Shown in pieces: positions 36,751 to 46,876 of a stretch of DNA of 64,000 nucleotides. Numbering within the stretch: the first letter of the stretch is position 1; each line of letters starts with the position of its first letter. The notes under the pieces were generated by a model. It did not search any database. It saw only the letters and a list, made by a program, of their open reading frames with translations, and was not told the DNA's origin. This DNA is from Podarcis filfolensis (taxonomy: Eukaryota): assembly GCA_964270895.1 (NCBI GenBank), contig OZ185449.1; one strand, 5' to 3'. A program made the translations under genes and the position numbers.

Positions 36751-38129
36751 TCCAAACAAGAGAATAAGCTGGCTGTTTAAACCAAGCCCGAAACCATGCT
36801 GTAAAGGTTATGCTGCCAGACAGAGTGTAGCGAGGCTGCTGATCAGAAGCTTCAAAAGAAACTCATCAGCTGGAGTGGGATCTTCATTTTTTACTCCCCC
36901 ACCCCTATTTTTGAAACAATTGCACCAACAGGATTAAAGAGGCCACCTTCAGGACATTTCTGTCCTCCACGGTAATTCTGGTGCTAGCGCATCGCTGTCT
37001 TCTGCCCGAAATGCAATGCCAGCAATTCGTTGCGCTATTTACCTAATAGTTCCAATTTTTGAGCTCAGTCTCCCATATTTATCTTCTAATGCAGCAGCCG
37101 GCTCGGCGCCTCCGTTTGAAATGTATGGGCATTCCGTTGGATATAATGAGTTTCCGTCAAAAGCTCTGTTAGTGGCTGGCACTGGGGATAACTCATTTTG
37201 ATGGAAAATAGGAAAAGAGAGTGGAAGAGGGAGTCGCACATTCTCAGTCAACTAGAGCAAATCCTTAAGGCTATGTAAAGATTACGATTTCTGTGCTGCA
37301 CCTGCACTCCCCCCGCCCCTCTGCCCAGCCACATTCCTACTGCAGCACTCAGTAACTTTACAGGTGCACAACTTAGTGGGAATGCAGGTGGGGCAAGCCT
37401 GTTCAGTCCAGTCCCCTCTTACTGGAGCCACTCCTAGCCTGGTGCAAGTTAATGGCACATTGAAATTGACTAGACCAGCCTCAAACTGCTTCTGGTCTAG
37501 TCAATTTCACACCAAAAGATAAAAATCCCTCTCAGTAAGAACATGTTCTTGAATGTAGACTTCCCATTGGCATTTAGCTGGCCTCTCTGGGAATAAATGC
37601 TGGGCCTTTGGTTTGATCCAACAGGGCTCTTAAATAAATAAAATAAATAGGATGCCATAAAAGCTATTTGATGGTGGCAGCATACACTGTTAGACATTGT
37701 AGTAGCCCATGAAGGATAGAACTCCCTCTCCACAGAAGGACATCTGGCGTTTTCTTCATATAGCTTCCACTTCCCTGACCTCTCAACAGCTAAAGTGTGC
37801 CAAGAAGGGGCAGGGTGGAGGTGTTGATTAGCAATCACACAGGTTGGCATGAGGTATGCTGAAGGAGCATGTACCCTGATTGGCTCCGTACTTCTGAGGG
37901 AGTTCCCCCTTGTATGTTTAGCTGAATGTGTCCTCAAAATATACAAGGCCTGAAGTAAGAAAGACAAAATGTTTTTGTTTCCCTCTCCCCAAATTATATA
38001 TACCGTTTTTGTTCAGTTTCCTCAGTAAAGCATAATTAGGATTTCCTTTCTCTTTGAACTCTGTGTTGTTTAAGTGACTTTGCTAACAGCTATTACTGCA
38101 TAACAGTGACCTCATTTTTTCTCCAAAAG

Positions 38130-38306
38130 GCTATCAATAAGCAGCTGCTCCTCTCCTATGGGAGGGAACAACAACAGATCAGATGAATGCTTTCATTCTG
38201 CAAACCATGCAGAGCAGACATTCCGCAAGATGGAGAATTATCTCCAGCAGAAGCAACTATGTGATGTTCTTCTCATTGCTGGAGAGCATAGGATTCCTGC
38301 CCACAG
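38130..38306 (+). CDS. KLHL4: KLHL4 coding exon 2 (start of BTB: [35 protein letters not shown])
   Basis: Acceptor ctccaaaag|G, donor AG|gtaaag, 177 nt, phase 2-2. Manually translated open frame gives a BTB start typical of KLHL1/4/5. Confidence 0.95.
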
Positions 38307-38375
38307 GTAAAGATTTTGACCTGCTATAGGTGCCCAGCCTCCCTGACTGCCCTGCTTCTTCTAATATACACATTT

Positions 38376-38742
38376 TTAAACGGCCTCAGCCCAGTATACC
38401 TGAAGGAGTGTCTCCACCCCCACTGTTGAGCCTGGACATTGAGGTCCAGCTCCGAGGGCCTTCTGGCAGTTCCCTCACTGTGAGAAGCCATGTTACAGGG
38501 AACCAGGCAGAGGGCCTTCTCGGTAGTGGCACCTGCCCTGTGGAATGCCCTCCCACCAGATGTCAAAGAGAAAAACAACTACCAGACTTTTAGAAGACAT
38601 CTGAAGGCAGCCCTGTTTAGGGAAGCTTTTAATGTTTAATAGACTATTGTATTTTAATATTCTGTTGGAAGCTGCCCAGAGTGGCTGGGGAAACCCAGCC
38701 AGATGGGCGAGGTATAAATAATAAATTAATAATAATAATAAT
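38376..38742 (+). mobile_element. 5'-truncated L2-clade LINE, same family as 13321-13709
   Basis: Shared GAGGGCCTTCTCGGTAGTGGCAC...CAACTACCAGACTTTTAGAAGACATCTGAAGGCAGCCC; (TAA)n tail. Confidence 0.85.
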
Positions 38743-38744
38743 AT

Positions 38745-39030
38745 TTTTTCTGTGCAATTTTGTCTAATATGCACACTTTTGCAGAACAATTTCCCCTAAT
38801 ATAATGCATTTTTGAATGCTGTTTTCCACTACATATGCAGTTATATGCACACTATTTAACCCAGCATATGGATTTTTTGTACACGTTTTGTGGCTTGAGA
38901 ACTACTTTACAAGATTCAGAGAGGTGCAAATTTCAAAGGATAGCTGTGTTTCAGTCTGCACATTGTTTCAGAAAGTTCAAATTAGGTAAGTTCACCCTTA
39001 AATGCAAACTGAATTGAATTTCTCCCCTAT
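38745..39030 (+). repeat. Copy of an unclassified abundant dispersed repeat
   Basis: GCAAATTTCAAAGGAT(A/G)GCTGTGTTT...TTAAATGCAAAC motif also seen at about 10935-11015, 14350-14880, 26100-26420, 27950-28260, 34490-34720, 35395-35710 and 50920-51260. Confidence 0.7.
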
Positions 39031-39384
39031 TCACACCTGGGTGTAAGTTCCCCTGAAAACAATGATACTTCCTTCTAAGTAGACGTGCAGAGACTTGCAC
39101 TGTCAGTGTATCAAGCCGGTGAAGGGGGATTTAATTTGCCCAGGGAAGAGAAACAGCTCTCCAAGAGAATATTAAATTACTTAATCACCTTATTCTCTTC
39201 ACTGCACAGATGTGTGACATTCTAGTCATAGGCCAAAATAAAATAAAATATGTTATTCCATGTGCACACAATGCATCATTTAGAGCAACCCAGGCAAAAA
39301 GCAAAACAAAACCAACGCAGCGAGGAAGGTTGATGCTTCCATCAAGATAAAGAGCTGTCACAGATCCTTACCTTCTCTTCCCAG

Positions 39385-39521
39385 GTTGGTTCTGAGTGCT
39401 GTGTCTGACTATTTTGCTGCAATGTTTACCAACGATGTCCGTGAAGCAAAACAGGAAGAAATCAAAATGGAAGGAGTGGACCCCGACGCACTGAAAGACC
39501 TTGTGCACTATGCATACACAG
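39385..39521 (+). CDS. KLHL4: KLHL4 coding exon 3 (BTB: [25 protein letters not shown]...YAYTG)
   Basis: Acceptor cttctcttcccag|G, donor G|gtaaac, 137 nt. Matches ORF 39386..39727. Confidence 0.97.
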
Positions 39522-42500
39522 GTAAACTCCCTGCCAACTCTCTTATGCACAGCGGCATCCAAATCAACAAACTGTATTATGCTCTTTCACACAAACAGTT
39601 GTGCATATTTGGAGGCAGCTTGTGCCTGTGCTCATCGTGTTGTGTGAACAAGTCTATTTTTTTAAAAAAGATATTTATTAAAATTTTACAGACAAAAGAA
39701 AGTTACAGAATAAGAAGAGAAAAATAAAAAAAATAAAAAGACAAAGAAAAATACAAAGTACATGAAAAAATAAAAAACAATTAAAAACAGATCAATCTTT
39801 TCATATCTTATATTTCAATTACTTGTTTCCTGACCTCCTCACACCTCCCTTTTTTGTATTCCAGTTCACATAGTTAATTCAGCAAATCCTTTCCCTCTTT
39901 GTTTTTATCTTAATTCTATGTCTTAACATATTATAACTTTATATTTTCATCTAATTATCAGTCCATTTTTACATATTCTTTTTAACCTTATTGCTAAAGC
40001 CACTTCATTTCAATCCAGCATCATTTTAGCATTCATTAATTTTACAATGTTTCTGCAGATAGTCTTTAAACTTCTTCCAATCTTCTTCCACCAACTCTTC
40101 TCCCTGGTCTCGGATTCTGCCAGTCATTTCCGCCAGTTCCAAATAGTCTATCACTTTCATCTGCCATTCTTCCAAGGTGGGTAGATCTTGTGTCTTCCAA
40201 TACTTTGCGATGAGAATTCTTGCTGCTGTTGTTGCATACATAAAGAAAGTTCTGTCCTTCTTTGGCACCAATTGGCCGACCATGCCCAGGAGAAAGGCCT
40301 CTGGTTTCTTCAGGAAGAAGAAACCATACCTTTTTCATTTCATTATAGATCATCTCCCAGAAAGCCATAATCCTTGGGCACGTCCACCAAAGGTGAAAGA
40401 ATGTACCTTCATTTTCTTTACATTTCCAACACTTATTATCGGGCAAATGATATATTTTTGCAAGCTTGACTGGTGTCATGTACCACCTGTATATCATTTT
40501 CATAATATTCTCTCTTAAGGCATTACATGCCGTGAATTTCATACCTGTGGTCCACAACTGTTCCCAGTCAGCAAACATTATGTTATGTCCAACATCTTGT
40601 GCCCATTTTATCATAGCAGATTTAACCGTTTCATCCTGAGTGTTCCATCTCAACAGCAAGTTATACATTCTTGATAATATCTTAGTTTTGGGATCTAACA
40701 GTTCTGTTTCCAATTTTGATTTTTCCACCTGGAAACCAATTTTTTTGTCCAAGTTGTAGACCTCCCTTATTTGATAATAATGAAGCCAATCTCGCACTTT
40801 ATCTTTTAGTTTCTCAAAACTCTGCAATTTCAGTTTGTCACCCTCCTGTTCCAAAATCTCCCAATATTTTGGCCATTTGGCCTCCATATTGAGTTTTTTC
40901 TGAGCCTTCGCTTCCATCGGTGATAGCCACCTTGGGGTTTTATTTTCAAGTAAATCTTTATATCTTGTCCAGACATTAAACAATGCTCTTCTGACAATAT
41001 GGTTTTTAAATGCTTTGTGTGCTTTAACCTTGTCATACCACAGATATGCATGCCACCCAAAAACGTTATTGAAACCTTCTAAATCCAAAATGTCTGTGTT
41101 CTCAAGAAGCAGCCATTCTTTCAACCAGCAGAATGCTGCTGATTCATAATAGAGTTTAAGGTCTGGCAGGGCAAATCCACCTCTATCCTTTGCATCAGTT
41201 AATATTTTAAATTTTATTCTGGGCTTCTTACCCTGCCAGACAAATCTAGAAATATCTCTCTGCCACTTCTTGAAACAATCCATTTTGTCCAAAATTTGCA
41301 ATGATTGAAATAAAAATTACATTCTTGGCAATACATTCATCTTTATAACGGCAATTCGACCAAACAAGGAAAGCTTCAAATTTGACCATATTTCAAGATC
41401 CTTTTTCACTTCTGACCAACATTTCTCGTAGTTATCTTTAAATAAATTTAAGTTTTTAGCGGTCATGTTAACCCCCAGGTATTTTACTTTCTTTACCAGT
41501 GTTAAACCCGTCTCCTTCTGAAACCTCTTTCTCAATCGGTGTTAATTTTTTTTCAAGAACCTTAGTCTTTAACTTGTTCAATTTAAATCCTGCCACTTGA
41601 CCAAATTCCTGAATCAATTCTAATACTCTTTTAGTACTAGATTCTGGCTCCTGTAATGTCAATACTAAGTCATCTGCAGACGCTTTAAGTTTGTACTGTT
41701 TAGCTCCGACCTGAATACCTTTAATCACATGGTCCCTTCTAATCATGTTTAGCAAAACCTCCAGGACCGAAATGAAAAGCAATGGGGAAATTGGGCAGCC
41801 TTGTCGTGTCCCTTTCTCCATCTTAAATTCTTCTGTCACCACGTTGTTAACTATCAATTTCGCCTTTTGTTCTGAATAAATTGCACCTATACCGTTTTCG
41901 AAACCTTGACCAACTCCCATCCCCGGAAGATTTTTCTTCATAAAACTCCAAGAAATATTATCAAAAGCTTTCTCCGCATCAACAAATATCAAAACTGCTT
42001 TAGTATTAATGTTCACTTGCAGTTTCTCTAAAATGTTAATTATGTTTCTCGTGTTATCAGACAAGTGTCTACCCGGGAGAAAGCCAGCTTGGTCTTTGTG
42101 TATCTCCTCAACTAGTACATTTTTCAATCTTTTAGCCAAAATATCTGCAAAAATTTTATAATCCACGTTGAGTAGGGATATGGGGCGGTAGTTCTTAAGT
42201 TGTGTTTTTTCAGACTCAGTTTTCAGTATGAGTGTAATATAAGCTTCCTTCCACGACTCTGGCGCTTTTTTCCCCTCCAAAATTTCATTACAAACCTCCT
42301 TTAGTGGTTGAAATAGCCAATCTTTCAGAGATTTATAATATATTGAGGTTAAACCGTCCGGCCCTGGAGATTTGCCCAACTGCATATTCTGGATGGCACC
42401 TTCCACCTCCTGTTCTGTTATTTTATAATTAAGCATTAACTTATTTTCTTGAGAGATTTTTTGTAATCCATTTGTTCTTAAAAACTGATCTATGTCGGTC

Positions 42501-43165
42501 TCTTTCTGTGGCCCTTGTGTATATAGTTGTTTGAAATATCTCTGGAAGCACTTTCTAATCTCCACTGGATTCTGTATATTCTTTCCTTCCACTTCCAAGT
42601 TTGTAATAGTATTAAGTTTTTGTCTTTTTTTCATCTGCCAAGCTAGCAGTTTCCCACATTTATTAGCCGATTCAAATGTCTTTTGTCTCATCTGCTTGAT
42701 TTTCCATTCTATTTCCTGATTTATCATTTTCATATATTGTACTTGATACAACTTTATTTCTCTCAGAATCTCTTGCGACTTTGGTTTCGCTCTTAATTTC
42801 TTCTCTCCTTCTTTTATTTTCTCCAAAATTTTATCTTTTTTCTCATTTTGAGTTCTCTTCTTTATTGCATTCTGTTGAATCAGAAACCCTCTCATAACCG
42901 CTTTACTTGCGTCCCAGATTACTCTTCTTTCAACCGTAGTATTCAAATTTATCTCAAAGTAGTCTTTCAAAGTTTTTTGGGCCTTCTTAGTAACTTCTGC
43001 ATCTCTAAACAGGGTGTCATTCATCCTCCATCTAAAGGAACCAATTGGTGTTAATTTCATCTCCATTCTCACTGCATTATGGTTGGAGCAAGTTTTAGGG
43101 CAAATTTCCACTTTTCGAATTTTAGGAGCCAATCCTCTAGTTATCCAAATTTGGTCAATTCTTGT

Positions 43166-43382
43166 TACAGATAGGTAGCCGTGTTGGTCTGCCATAGTCA
43201 AAAAAAATATAAAAAATTCTTTCCAGTAGCACGTTAAAGACCAACTAAGTTAGTTCTTGGTATGAGCTTTCGTGTGCATGCACACTTCTTCAGTATCTGA
43301 AGAAGTGTGCATGCACACGAAAGCTCATACCAAGAACTAACTTAGTTGGTCTTTAAGGTGCTACTGGAAAGAATTTTTTTTT
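43166..43382. mobile_element. Penelope-like element remnant (inverted pseudo-LTR pair) inserted in L1 ORF2
   Basis: 16-bp TSD TTTGGTCAATTCTTGT at 43150-43165 and 43383-43398, with 83-bp inverted arms. The sequence (GTAGCCGTGTTGGTCTG...GAAAGCTCATAC...AAGGTGCTAC) resembles reptile Penelope-like termini as I recall them. Confidence 0.8.
43293..43330 (+). ncRNA. Minimal type I hammerhead ribozyme motif
   Basis: GTAT (stem I), CTGAAGA, extra A, GTGTG/CATG/CACAC (stem II), GAAA, GC, TC (cleavage after 43326), ATAC (stem I). Stem III is the palindrome AGCT. Confidence 0.75.
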
Positions 43383-43986
43383 TTTGGTCAATTCTTGTCC
43401 ATGTCATTTTGGCTTCAGAGAAGAAAGTTCCCTCTCTACCCAAGGGGTTCTTAGTTCTCCAAGTATCAATTAAGTCCATGTTGTCAGTCATGTCAAAAAA
43501 AGTTTTTGGTAGTCTGCCATCTTTGGTAATTACCTGTCTTTGTGCCTTATCCATATTTGTGGACACCACTCCGTTCATATCTCCCATCATGATGATGTTA
43601 TACTCCATGTAGTCCAACAATGTCTCATGCAACTTCTTAAAAAAATTCAGATTTCCCCTCATTTGGTGCATAAACTCCTACTATCAAGAATTTCTCTCCT
43701 TGAATTTGTATTTCAATTGCCACAAATCTTCCTTGGTCATCTTTAAAAATAAATTTCGGTGATAGGCTCTCTTTTGCATAGATTACAACTCCTCTCTTTT
43801 TAACTTTGTCTGACGAAATAAACTCTTGGCCCAATCTTTTATTAATCAGTACTTTCCTATGGAGTTTCCTGTAAACAAATCAAGTCCAATTGTTCCTTTT
43901 TCAATAAGTGAAAAACCTTTTTCCTTTTCTCCGGGGAATTAAAACCGTGAATATTCCAACTTAGTAATTGCAGAGACATGGTGTGG

Positions 43987-45096
43987 TTATTTTGCTTTTC
44001 CTCCAACTGCTCCAAGTACTTGTTCTTCTTCTGTCGGTGGTGTCTCTTTCTCTGGTTTATCCAATCCTGAAGGTAGTGATACTAAGTCTAATAATCCTGG
44101 TTTTAATGCTCTTGGCTCTTCTTCTTCTTCGGCTTCTTTTTGTAGATCTTCTTCGTGGTCTCTCAAAAATTTTTCTTTTTCTTCCACTGATCTTATTTTA
44201 GTTTTTTTCCTTTTATAGGTAAAAGAAAGGCCTTGGGGAAACTCCCACCTGAAAACAATTCTGTTTCTTCTCGGCAGGGCCACCAGATCTCTGTAGTTAG
44301 CCCTAAGATCCAATAAATGTTTCGGAATATCCTTGAAGATCTCTACTCTTGATTCTTGTATCTCCAAAGTCTGCTGGAAATGCAGATTCAATATTTTGTC
44401 TCTCTCTTCTTTTGTACGGAGGGTAATCAAACAGTCTCTCACCCTGTTTTTTCTCCCTCCTCTTCTGAGTCTAAAGGCACTTACTATCTTAAAATCTTGC
44501 TTAGCATCCAGGTTCAAAAAGTCTGCAAATTCCTGCGTAAGAAAGTCACTTAAACTGTCTTTTTCAAGTTCAGGTACTGCCCTGATCCTTAAATTAATCT
44601 GTTTTTCCTTAAGCTCAATCATAGACAGAAGCGTCCTGTGGTCCTCAAGTTGTTTACATATCGGTGTAATCTTTTCCTCCACAGCCGAAGCTTTTTCCTG
44701 TGCTTCCTCAGCTGCCTTTTGGTTCAAAGTAGATTTTTGCAGCAGTCTTTCAATGGATTCTGTGTTTGAGTTCACCTTTTGCCCCAAACTATTAATGCTG
44801 GTAGTGTTTTGGTCGATTTTAGTTGTTTGTTCAGTAACTTGATTACTTAATTTTTCCAAGGTTTCATAAATTTTGCTTAATACTGAAGTAAAACTCTCTT
44901 CAGATGCCACTCCTTTAGGCCCAACTTGTACAGGATCCTTTCCTTGTGTTGCAGTTTGTGCTGCAGTTTGTGCAGGGTCTTTTCCTTGTGGTACTGGGGG
45001 GGCGGATGCGGATGCTCTGCGCTGCTGCAGTATGCTGGTCTGTGTCAGTCTAACCTTACCCGATCTTGTTGTCTTTTCCTGAGGCAAGTCTGCCAT
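43987..45096 (-). CDS. L1 ORF1p (369 aa; coiled coil, RRM, CTD), open frame
   Basis: Heptad-rich central region, then NLRIRAVPE, IFKDIP and FPQGLSF motifs typical of L1 ORF1p. Stop lies 7 nt before the ORF2 ATG. Confidence 0.88.
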   Translation of the reverse strand: MADLPQEKTTRSGKVRLTQTSILQQRRASASAPPVPQGKDPAQTAAQTATQGKDPVQVGPKGVASEESFTSVLSKIYETLEKLSNQVTEQTTKIDQNTTSINSLGQKVNSNTESIERLLQKSTLNQKAAEEAQEKASAVEEKITPICKQLEDHRTLLSMIELKEKQINLRIRAVPELEKDSLSDFLTQEFADFLNLDAKQDFKIVSAFRLRRGGRKNRVRDCLITLRTKEERDKILNLHFQQTLEIQESRVEIFKDIPKHLLDLRANYRDLVALPRRNRIVFRWEFPQGLSFTYKRKKTKIRSVEEKEKFLRDHEEDLQKEAEEEEEPRALKPGLLDLVSLPSGLDKPEKETPPTEEEQVLGAVGGKAK

Positions 45097-46123
45097 AACA
45101 CTTTATCTGAGGATCAAGGTCAGTCCCACGGCTCGTAGCTTGTTTTGCAGTGGAAATTTCCCTGGCCAGTTAGCAATGGAAAATTCCCCAACTAGTTGTA
45201 ACAATTTCAGTGTTCCTCTAGGGGGACACAGTAACAGTCAATGGTAACAATATAATGTCTTTCCCAATTTTCCAGAGTCCCCCTTCAACAAAATAAGCAA
45301 CAGTTTCAAGTCCAAAGAAGCCCTTCAGAATAAAAGTATCTCCCTTGCAGAGTTAACATTGTCCATAAACAGTGCATCTCTCAATACTGCGGTTTTATTA
45401 ATCCTCAAGGATCCCAAGGATTAAGTGGTGGTCTTTATTCCCTTTACTCTCCTCTTTTTTTGCAGGCAAAAAATACTTTCTCCTCTTCCCTCCCCTCTCC
45501 TGCAATTCAGGGGGGGGGGGAATTCTTTTAGTCCGATGTTAGGATTTAAGTCCTTTTAAACACAACTCTCCAGGTCTTAGCTTAAAGAGTCTTTGCTTTG
45601 ATCTATATACAGAAAACAGAAGGCGGACTTCCTGTTTACGCCTTCCCGCTTCGGTGCCAAATTAATCCTTTTTTTCTCTTGTATTCCACGATCTTTAAAC
45701 TTAACCTATTCACGGGTAGTTGTTTGTTAGCCGAATTGTCACAGGAAAAAGGTCAGCGCTCTCCGGCAACAGCTGTGCGGCTTCACTCCACGGAAAAAGC
45801 AGTTGGCTCTCAGCACCGCGCCAAACTCCCCATTACGCTCCGGAGCCCCTTGCGGGGTTTCCTCGCAAATAGGGGGCGCTAAGGGTGCCCGCCGAGTCCC
45901 ATGGTCACAGGCTTCTCCCGCCTGTGATTTTCAAGGGGGTCCCCGCTTCGCTGTAGCGGCAAGACCCAATTTCCGCGGAGTTACTCCCTCGAAGTTAGAG
46001 GGAATCCGCCATTGCCGATAGCGCCGCCTCCGGAAGTCCGTGAACATGTCTAATATCTTGTGCAGTCACAAGAACACTTTCTTTGAGTTTCCCCCACAAA
46101 AAAAGAACAATCCATTTTCATGC

Positions 46124-46124
46124 A

Positions 46125-46151
<27 letters not shown>
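46124..46151. repeat. (CT)n microsatellite just upstream of the exon 4 acceptor
   Basis: Direct reading. Confidence 0.95.
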
Positions 46152-46156
<5 letters not shown>

Positions 46157-46171
46157 TATTAAACCATACAG

Positions 46172-46368
46172 GTGTCTTGGAACTCAAAGAAGAAACAATT
46201 GAAAGCTTGCTGGCCGCCGCTTGCCTCCTTCAGCTTTCACAAGTCATTGAAGTCTGCTGCAACTTTCTCGTGAAGCAGCTCCATCCATCAAACTGTTTAG
46301 GGATTCGGTCCTTCGGAGATGCTCAGGGGTGCGCAGAACTCCTGCGGGTGGCGCACGTCTACACTATG
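46172..46368 (+). CDS. KLHL4: KLHL4 coding exon 4 (end of BTB, start of BACK: [18 protein letters not shown])
   Basis: Acceptor ccatacag|GT, donor ATG|gtgagg, 197 nt. Frame is continuous with exon 3. Confidence 0.96.
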
Positions 46369-46616
46369 GTGAGGTCAAAGGAACAAGATTCCTGGAACTA
46401 ACGGCTGGGAGGTTAAAGCTAGAAAGGAACTGGCAAGTTGTGGTTGTGGTGGCAAATGGCTACAACAAGATTAAATGCCCAAGAAATCTGTACAGGGCAC
46501 CATCAAGGTAGAACATTGCAGCACATATCCAGGGCCCAGCTCAGCAGAATGAGTGACATGGCCTGTAAGCTGAGCAAGGCTGGCTCACCACTTTTTAAAG
46601 TATGTAAAATAGTATA

Positions 46617-46876
46617 CAGTAGTACCTCTGGTTGTGAACGGGATCCGTTCCGGAGGCCCGTCCGCAGCCTGAAAAGAGCGCAACCTGAAGCGCTGTATCT
46701 GCGCATGTGCGTGGCACAATTTGGCGCTTGTGTGCATACGCAAAGCACGATTTAGCACTTCTGCGCATGCTCGAGTGGTGAAACCCGGAAGTAACCCTTT
46801 CTGGTACTTCCGGGTCGCCGTGGGACACAACCTGAAAATGTGCAACCTGAAGCGTCCGTAACATGAGGTATGACTG
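46617..46876. mobile_element. Tc1/mariner MITE
   Basis: TA-CAGTAGTACCTC ... GAGGTATGACTG-TA. Confidence 0.88.

Larger units (their letters stand above)
40026..43979 (-). pseudogene. L1 ORF2 (APE endonuclease, RT, Cys-rich C-terminus), frameshifted and interrupted
   Basis: SWNIHG, GDMN and TRIDQIW (endonuclease). GKSPGPDG, NYRPISLLN, DAEKAFD, GTRQGCPISP and SADD (RT). CWKC-x7-H-x4-C. Split over at least 6 ORF pieces, plus a 217-bp insertion. Confidence 0.92.
39657..46039 (-). mobile_element. Full-length L1-clade LINE, antisense in KLHL4 intron 3
   Basis: 5' end GGACTTCCGG with CpG-rich 5' UTR, ORF1, ORF2, AATAAA and short A tail. TSD GTGAACA(A/T)GTCTA at 39644-39656 and 46040-46052. Confidence 0.93.

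Noticed and set aside
43260-43293. Minus-strand hammerhead copy in the left arm
   Set aside because: The core is present but the base before CUGA is A, facing A, so stem I cannot form. Treated as a truncated mirror copy.
44333-44842. 169-aa + strand ORF
   Set aside because: Antisense shadow of L1 ORF1, with no independent coding signal.
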